Assembly (NCBI GenBank): GCA_965240325.2
Contig: OZ251225.1
Coordinates: 3,596,001 to 3,660,000 of the forward strand
Direction of reading: 5' to 3'
DNA length: 64,000 nt
Source of the DNA: Rebecca billardiae RCC1528
Taxonomy: Eukaryota; Protista; Haptophyta
Positions within the stretch are counted from its first letter, which is position 1, and every line of letters starts with the position of its first letter. The notes under the pieces are model-generated. The model was not told the origin of the DNA. It did not search any database and saw only the letters and a list, made by a program, of their open reading frames with translations. Below are positions 56,501 through 64,000 of this stretch, in pieces. Both the position numbers and the translations under genes were made by a program.

Positions 56501-59500
56501 AGGTCGGGAGGTCGTGAGATCTGAGCTGAGCCGAAACTCCGGCCGTGGCGGCGGCGCAGGATGAGCGCCGAGCGCGCGCGCGCGCCCTCGCGCTCGGCAC
56601 GCCCCCCGCGCGTGTACCGCGTGCCCGAGCCCGCCCTTCAGATGCGCATGGCGCGCGCGCCGACTCGGCGCTTCTCGCTGGCTCTACCCGCAGCTCTCCG
56701 TAGCCGTTGGCCGTGACACACCCAGCTCAGCTTGGTCAGATTCGAGCTCGAGCTCTCGCGCGCACGACGGTAGAGGCGGGCCGCCGGTGCCATGTGTACG
56801 CTCACCGGGGCCGTACCTGGCGCTGCGCGCCGCGCCGGCGCGCGCGCGTGTGCGCACGCGCCGCAGCAGCCGTGTCGTTGCTTGAGCCGTGAGGCGCCGG
56901 CTGATCGGCAGGTCGGGAGGTCGTGAGATCTGAGCTGAGCCGAAACTCCGGCCGTGGCGGCGGCGCAGGATGAGCGCCGAGCGCGCGCGCGCGCCCTCGC
57001 GCTCGGCACGCCCCCCGCGCGTGTACCGCGTGCCCGAGCCCGCCCTTCAGATGCGCATGGCGCGCGCGCCGACTCGGCGCTTCTCGCTGGCTCTACCCGC
57101 AGCTCTCCGTAGCCGTTGGCCGTGACACACCCAGCCCAGCTTGGTCAGATTCGAGCTCGAGCTCTCGCGCGCACGACGGTAGAGGCGGGCCGCCGGTGCC
57201 ATGTGTACGCTCACCGGGGCCGTACCTGGCGCTGCGCGCCGCGCCGGCGCGCCAGCTTGCGCGCACGCGCCGCAGCAGCCGTGTTGTTGCCTGAGCCGTG
57301 AGGTGCCGGCTGATCGGCAGGTCGGGAGGTCGTGAGATCTGAGCTGAGCCGAAACTCCGGCCGTGGCGGCGGCGCAGGAGGAGCGCCGAGCGCGCGCGCG
57401 CGCCCTCGCGCTCGGCACGCCCCCCGCGCGTGTACCGCGTGCCCGAGCCCGCCCTTCAGATGCGCACGGCGCGCGCGCCGACTCGGCGCTTCTCGCTGGC
57501 TCTAGCCGCAGCCGCAGCTCTCCGTAGCCGTTGGCCGTGACACACCCAGCTCAGCTTGGTCAGATTCGAGCTCGAGCTCTCGCGCGCGCGACAGTAGAGG
57601 CGGGCCGCCGGTGCCATGTATACGCTCACTGGGGCCGTACCTGGCACTGCGCGCCGCGCCGGCGCGCCAGCTTGCGCGCACGCGCCGCAGCAGCCGTGTT
57701 GTTGCCTGAGCCGTGAGGCGCCGGCTGATCGGCAGGTCGGGAGGTCGTGAGATCTGAGCTGAGCCGAAACTCCGGCCGTGGCGGCGGCGCAGGAGGAGCG
57801 CCGAGCGCGCGCGCGCGCCCTCGCGCTCGGCACGCCCCCCGCGCGTGTACCGCGTGCCCGAGCCCGCCCTTCAGATGCGCACGGCGCGCGCGCCGACTCG
57901 GCGCTTCTCGCTGGCTCTAGCCGCAGCCGCAGCTCTCCGTAGCCGTTGGCCGTGACACACCCAGCTCAGCTTGGTCAGATTCGAGCTCGAGCTCTCGCGC
58001 GCGCGACAGTAGAGGCGGGCCGCCGGTGCCATGTATACGCTCACTGGGGCCGTACCTGGCACTGCGCGCCGCGCCGGCGCGCCAGCTTGCGCGCACGCGC
58101 CGCAGCAGCCGTGTTGTTGCCTGAGCCGTGAGGCGCCGGCTGATCGGCAGGTCGTGAGGTCGTGTGAGCTGAGCTGAGCCAAACCTCTGGCCATGGTGGT
58201 GGCGCGCGGGCAGCTGTGACCTCAAGTGCGGGCGTGCACGCGCGTCGCACAGCCCTGCATCGACGTTACCGGCATCTGGCTCGGTGAAGTCCGGCCCAAA
58301 CATATGAGCCCCAGCACCATCTCAATGGCTTGGCCGAGCCCGTCGTTCACGGAGAGGTCGTGGCGATCATAGGTCGCTGCCATCGCAGTCTTCGATACGC
58401 GCTGACCCTTCCTGTATGCCACGGCTAAGCTCAAGTTGGCCATGATCGTCGGCGCCGCTGCTCGCTGTGCGCATGGTCGCACCGTGGGGCTCTCGGCCGC
58501 CGGCGGCGGTCGCCCTGCAGCCATGCACAAGCTGCTTGCCGATTGGTCGGTTACAAGAATCTACTTTTGAATCGCAGCCATCATCCGTCCAAGAGCTCCG
58601 GCGACGGCCGCGTGCGGCGCGGTGGCGGCCGCCTGGGCGACACAGCGCGCGCAGCACCCGGCGTTAGAGCGCAATCGACGCATACAACCTCGAAGAGACA
58701 GCGCTAGTGGGTCGTACTATCGTGGTTTGCAGCCCTTCTCTCCATGCTCTGCGCATTGCCACCGCCGCGCGCCGCAACGCTTAAGCATCAGCGAGCTCTC
58801 GCAAATCACTACGCGCATGGTCTCCTCCTCGCCCACCAGGGCCGAATGATCGGAGGTCGCGCTGTGGTGGAATACCAACCTAAATATTGTCGTGCGCGTG
58901 GTGCAGCCCGGGCGCCTCAGCGCACCCCTGGCACCAGCGCACTATTTACCTCTCTTTTATTACCACTTAGTACCCCTCAGGTTTAAGCGTTCGCTTCGCT
59001 GGCTACGTGATTGCACGCCCGCTCACGCCGTGACGAGCGCACCATGGCGGCTCTCTCGCTTGTGGCGCACGGTCGGGGAGCACCCGCGTCTGCGCAGACA
59101 CACGGCTCGCCCGCAAGTGTGCTGTGTCGCGCACGCGCGCGCTCGCGCGGCCGGCCATCGCGCACAGACCTGACTGGTCTCACATGCACCAGCATGGTCG
59201 TGCACGCACAGCGCCGCTCCGCGCACGCAATAAATTCGAGCGTGGTGCGCATGCACGTACACTCTGTGTCCCTGGTCCACACACAGCGTGTGAGCTCGTG
59301 CTTTGACCACGTGCAGGCGCACCACAGACTTTCGCGCAGCTGCCGCGCCGGGCCGTGCCAGCGGCTCGACAGGCTCAGCTCGTGGGCAGCGCTCGCTCGA
59401 TTGCATGCTCCTGCCGCGCAGGGTGCCCAGCTTGCTGCGCTCGGTGTGTACTGGCGCGCTCGGACGGCACCCCGCGTACGCCTCGGGCCACGCGTGGGAG

Positions 59501-59781
59501 CCTAGCTCCACGCACGGAGGACTCGCAGGCGCAGGCCGGCGGCTGCCTCACACGGCTTGGTCGGGAGGCCGCCGCGCGGCTACCGTCGAGCTCGCCGATC
59601 GGCTGCACCTACTTTCAGCGCACGCTACCGCCGCCTCGCGCACGACACGGCAAGGTTGAACACGTGACTGTGGGCGGGCATCAGCCCCAAGTACGCAGCC
59701 ATCAGCACCACGGCCTTCACCTTCAGCGCCGACGATAGAGCCGCCGCTTGATTTTATCGCTTAAACTTGAGGGCCACTATA

Positions 59782-60143
59782 CGACCAGATTTTCTATTTC
59801 TCGACTTTCTTCACTCGGTCCTGATTCAGACCGGACTGACGTGATCAGACCGGACCGCTGTGCAGTCCAGACGCGCGGAACCGATATCGCTCTAGACATG
59901 ACACGCTAAACTAGCTCACGCCCTCGTGCGCTCGCACGTGCTACGCCCGTCGCCGCTGCGGCCGCTGCCGGTACTGCATCGACCGTGCTGTCGTTGAGTG
60001 CTCGTGTATACGCCTACGTCTCTCGCCTCTCACCCTCGACCGTGCCGATCGCCCGTCACCAGTCCGCTCCCACAGGCGCGGGACCGGACGAGCCCGTGCG
60101 AAACGCCCGCGTCACCAACAACCATCACAACCTCTTCACAATA
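59782..60143 (+). repeat. Right part of the interrupted 5' LTR
   Basis: Matches 62401-62762 with no differences seen by eye. Confidence 0.92.
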
Positions 60144-62361
60144 CAAACAACTACTCGTGGCAGGCTATACGCGACGCTGAAGGACATCCTGGTGATGCTG
60201 AAGATCCTCCTCTACGACGTCATCGAGCACGCCTCCTACATCTCGCACACGGACATCTGCATCTCGCCCGTCCATCTACATTGTGCACGCTCACATCATG
60301 ATGATGACGTACACGGTCTTCCAGCAGCTGGAGGTGGGACCTGTCGATATCGAGGTGACCGATCTCTTCCTAAACGGCATCCTCAACCTCTACGGCATGG
60401 CCGACTCGCTCGACTACTACCTACTCACTACGAAGTCGGACGGACGACCAGCCGTACTACACGCACGACCCCATCAAGCAGCGACGACAACCTGAGAGAG
60501 CACAACTACAAGGGCAACCCGCTCTATTTCTTCTCGTCGACTACTATACTGCCTCTACTTCCGAACGGCATCTAACCGCTCACGCCGCCTAACATCATCT
60601 GCGGCAACTATTCTCCGCGACGGGACTTCTCTCGTGTCATCTACTATCTGCTACTACCAAGGCCCTCTAATCCCACGGCCACATCTACGACGACTTGCTG
60701 TCCGGCCTCTACTTTCTCTACTACCTCCCCGCCCGGCCGACACGTACTAGCACATGCGACCTATCTCCATCCGCATCTATCATCGGCGACTACGAGCAGA
60801 CCGCTCTCTTACGCCGACAACCTGACCGGCCCGACGATCCAGCGTCGACTCTCGAGTCCTTCTCGACTACGGTCTCCTATACGACTACCTATTCTCGGAC
60901 ATTCGTGTTCATTGATGCATTCGACCACGAGGCGTACGGCACCGAGTTGCCGATTCCTTTGCCTCACGCTGCCGAACCATCGCTGTCGGCGACCGATCCA
61001 GCGGACGCATCCAACGACGACGATGACGACGACGACAATTGCAACGACAATTGACCCACTACTACACGCAGCGGTGCTAACGGCGAAGCCGCTCGTTCTG
61101 TACACGTTCTCTACACGCTCGTGTTCTACCCGCTCTATCTACCCTCGACGCTATCCCCGAGCACGATGAGCCTCCTACCGCGCTGACCGCCGATCCGCCG
61201 GCGATGCGCCAACTGCTCAACTAATCGTCCCAGCTCAGCCGGTGACCGACTGCAGGGCCTCTACCAGAACTTGCTCTGCCCGCCGCCGCGCTGCCAACCT
61301 GGACGAGTTCTTATCGTGCACCTCTATCGCTGCTGCTGCTTCCGCTGCCGATGCTACCGCTGCCGCCTCTACTCCGACGTGCCTGATCACCGCTGAGGAC
61401 CACTACGGCATCACTGCGGCTACCGCAACGGACGACGCACCAGCAACTACTTCTCATCGGATCTAGCTACACCCACTCGAACTACATCCACTCTAACTAC
61501 ATCCGCACGAATTACATCTGATCTGCTGCCCTAAGTACGGTCTCTACTGTCTCTATCGGCGTCGCAGCTCCCGGCGCCAACTACCTCTACCTGGTCACTC
61601 ATCTTCACTCGGCCCCGGACACGATCTCATTCGATGCTCCACTCTATTTGCCGATTCTACCACACGCCTGACGACCGCATCTACTTCGACCACGCGATCA
61701 TCCTGGCGGCGACGATATCATGGCGCTCATGCTGCCATCGCGTACTCGTACCAGGCGTCTATTCGTCCGTGTACGTGCTGCAGACGGCAACGATGAGAGT
61801 CAATCTCATCGGCACGAAGGCGATCATGGACAACCATCTCAAGGCGCCGCTGTGTGATCTCTAATCGTGATCTGTGCTCATCTTCTCGCTCGAACCTCAC
61901 CTACTAGCTCCACTTACGGCGAACACTTGATCCACGACTACATCACGCACTACTGCTGCCTCTATGCACCGCACTAATGGGGGCGAGAACTGCTGCCTAT
62001 TGGAACGGTGGATGCACTCGTTTTGGAACGGGCAAGGCCTGGCTGATCGAGGAGCCTCAAGGCACCATGAGCAAGCTCTTTGTCGAGAGGCGTTCACAAG
62101 AGTTGTTTGTCGTTCCGTATACTCGATCATGCTCACGAGCTTTGACGTCAACCAGAAGTTTCAGCATTCTACGTGCTGATCTCCCTCGCGGTGAACACTA
62201 CACCTCTGCCTCACCCGCTCTATTCTCTAGTTCCTCTCTATCCTCTAATTCCTCAACCACATTATCTATGGGACATGTGAACCCGCATCTATTGGGTACC
62301 CCGCTAATGGCCGTCATCATCTGACTGCGAGCTCTATCTACTATCTCATACCCGGCTTCAC
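60144..62361 (+). pseudogene. Heavily decayed gag/pol remnants
   Basis: No long ORF. Fragments such as FVFIDAF (integrase-like) and SRHHEQALCRE / ALTSTRSFSILRADL (copia RNase H C-terminus-like) lie in the expected order before the PPT. Confidence 0.45.
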
Positions 62362-62372
62362 ATGGGGGGGAG
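62362..62372 (+). other. Polypurine tract
   Basis: ATGGGGGGGAG directly precedes TGTTG of the 3' LTR. Confidence 0.85.
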
Positions 62373-62762
62373 TGTTGTGGTTTATTCATTTCTTCCTCTA
62401 CGACCAGATTTTCTATTTCTCGACTTTCTTCACTCGGTCCTGATTCAGACCGGACTGACGTGATCAGACCGGACCGCTGTGCAGTCCAGACGCGCGGAAC
62501 CGATATCGCTCTAGACATGACACGCTAAACTAGCTCACGCCCTCGTGCGCTCGCACGTGCTACGCCCGTCGCCGCTGCGGCCGCTGCCGGTACTGCATCG
62601 ACCGTGCTGTCGTTGAGTGCTCGTGTATACGCCTACGTCTCTCGCCTCTCACCCTCGACCGTGCCGATCGCCCGTCACCAGTCCGCTCCCACAGGCGCGG
62701 GACCGGACGAGCCCGTGCGAAACGCCCGCGTCACCAACAACCATCACAACCTCTTCACAATA
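62373..62762 (+). repeat. 3' LTR, 390 bp
   Basis: TGTTGTG...CACAATA, followed by TSD CTACT. Confidence 0.92.
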
Positions 62763-63055
62763 CTACTCACTTCTCAGACGCTCATCAGGAGAATGCCGAT
62801 TGCCGATGTATCATCGACTACTCCGGTATTGAATGAAGACGCGAACTTTACGTACTCACTTTATAATTAGGGCCGAGCGCATCCGCGAGTTCTGGCATCG
62901 CGAATCAGCATCAGTCCTCGGATTATTATTGCATGACACTCGACATGTTCATGACCGTTCGGCGCCGCGCCCCGGCGCCCGTTGCATCGTCAGTCTCAGA
63001 CTTGCGCCACGTACAATTTGCGGCCTGAAACGCACATAGCGACTGTCAAGGCGCT

Positions 63056-64000
63056 TTAAGCCAGCGCAAGCATCTGTGGCGCCGGTGCGGGTGCGGCTGG
63101 TGGAGCAGCGGCTGACGGCGCCCCAGGCGCGGCGGCAGCAGTGGCGACGGGGGGCTCGCGCCCACCGAGTGGCTCGCTGCCTTGCAGGAGCGTGAGGATC
63201 TTGGTGATCTGCAGCGGCACAGTCGGGTCTTCGCCCTCCGGCACGTCGCCCGCCGCAAGGCGAGCGGCCAGCCGTGCTGCGAGTGCAGTGAGCTCATCGA
63301 CCGCACCGGCAGCGAGCCACCATTCACGGCATGCCTCGCGCTCGGCGGCGTCCACCGCTTCGCCCTGCATCGTCGCCAGGACGCACGCAAGCGCGTGGTT
63401 TTGCACCTCCGCGTCGTCCATGCGCGAGCTTTCGAGGAGCGTGCGGGCGCCGTCTGGCACCGCGCGCAGAGCGCCCGCCACACCGGCCGCCTCGTGCATG
63501 AGTGCCGACAGGAGGAAGAGGGTGCGCCTGCGCGTGCGCGCGTCCTCCGCGCTGGCGAGGCCGACGAGCTGCGCGATACCGCCCGCGTCGAGCAGCACGC
63601 GTGCGGACGCCTCGTGGCCGCGCACGCACGCCGAGAGAACGTACAGCAGGCGCGGGATGAGAGCGCGCGCCTGCGGGCGCGTGTGGGCGCGGCAGTGGTG
63701 GCGGTGAGCATGGGGCGCGCGCGCCGGCAGGGTGCGCGCTCGCGCGCGGCATCGGGGGCTGGCGTGGCGGCACACCTGCGACGCGCCATCGACACACCCG
63801 CGCACGAGCTCAAGCAGCGTCGTCACCAGGCCGACCGCGAGCGCCGCGTCCTGCGCCTTGGGGTTGTTCTGCACGCACGTCGCGAGCACGCCCGCTGCCG
63901 CGCCCGCCACGCCGTCAGCCGTCGAGCGGAGGCACGCGATGACGGGGCGCAGCCCGCCGATCTGCAGCAAGTCATTTGCGTTGTCGATCGACTCGACGAG
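63056..64000 (-). CDS. HSPBP1: Hsp70 nucleotide exchange factor HSPBP1/Fes1 (5' end outside window); intron 63671-63775
   Basis: LVESIDNANDL..IGG, A..VLATCVQNNPKAQ, LLYVLSACVRGH, RRRTLFLLSAL ARM-like motifs. Confidence 0.9.
   Translation of the reverse strand, partial: LVESIDNANDLLQIGGLRPVIACLRSTADGVAGAAAGVLATCVQNNPKAQDAALAVGLVTTLLELVRGCVDGASQVCRHASPRCRARARTLPARAPHAHRHHCRAHTRPQARALIPRLLYVLSACVRGHEASARVLLDAGGIAQLVGLASAEDARTRRRTLFLLSALMHEAAGVAGALRAVPDGARTLLESSRMDDAEVQNHALACVLATMQGEAVDAAEREACREWWLAAGAVDELTALAARLAARLAAGDVPEGEDPTVPLQITKILTLLQGSEPLGGREPPVATAAAAPGAPSAAAPPAAPAPAPQMLALA

Larger units (their letters stand above)
35430..59779. mobile_element. 24.35-kb TIR-bounded tandem array A(BA)6, period 3923 bp, inserted at TA
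   Basis: The ORF track repeats every 3923 bp. Outer ends TAGTACCCCTCAGGTTTAAGCG and CGCTTAAACTTGAGGGCCACTA are a 19/22 inverted match. TA is duplicated (35428-35429, 59780-59781) relative to the empty site in the 3' LTR. Confidence 0.92.
35402..62762 (+). mobile_element. Non-autonomous copia-derived LTR retroelement (~3.0 kb without the insert), 5' LTR interrupted
   Basis: Two 390-bp LTRs (35402-35429 + 59782-60143; 62373-62762). 5-bp TSD CTACT at 35397-35401 and 62763-62767. PPT GGGGGGGAG directly before the 3' LTR. Confidence 0.92.

Noticed and set aside
35445-59738. The many repeated short ORFs in the array as real genes
   Set aside because: They are Arg/Ala-rich GC artefacts, and monomer lengths 409/415 are not multiples of 3.
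35430-59779. CRISPR array or rDNA/snRNA gene cluster
   Set aside because: There are no unique spacers, the units are hundreds to thousands of bp, and no rRNA, 5S, tRNA or snRNA signature was recognised.

Overview
Very GC-rich eukaryotic nuclear DNA with short GC-rich GT-AG introns. It is consistent with a flagellated alga such as a haptophyte (inference). Left edge (1-4187): the 5' part of a Ty1/copia LTR retrotransposon whose unusually long Gag carries a MYND-type zinc finger. Two decayed genes follow (4.3-7.8 kb). A compact gene block (9-34.6 kb) holds an F-box-like/ankyrin protein, Mpv17/PMP22, NAP/SET histone chaperone, a 1218-aa CHAT protease + STAND NTPase + TKL pseudokinase fusion (NLR-like), a gustatory-receptor-like 7TM channel candidate, a kinesin-13 with two N-terminal Tudor-like domains, an orphan membrane protein, glutathione peroxidase, PWP2 and B9D1. 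From 35.4 to 62.8 kb is a nested insertion. The outer layer is a non-autonomous copia-derived LTR element (390-bp LTRs with no differences seen, TG...TA ends, CTACT target duplication). Its 5' LTR is split at a TA by a 24.35-kb array A(BA)6. A is an 812-bp TIR-bounded module, and B (3111 bp) contains five 409/415-bp monomers. The window ends inside an HSPBP1/Fes1 gene. All domain calls come from motif recognition by eye; no searches were run.
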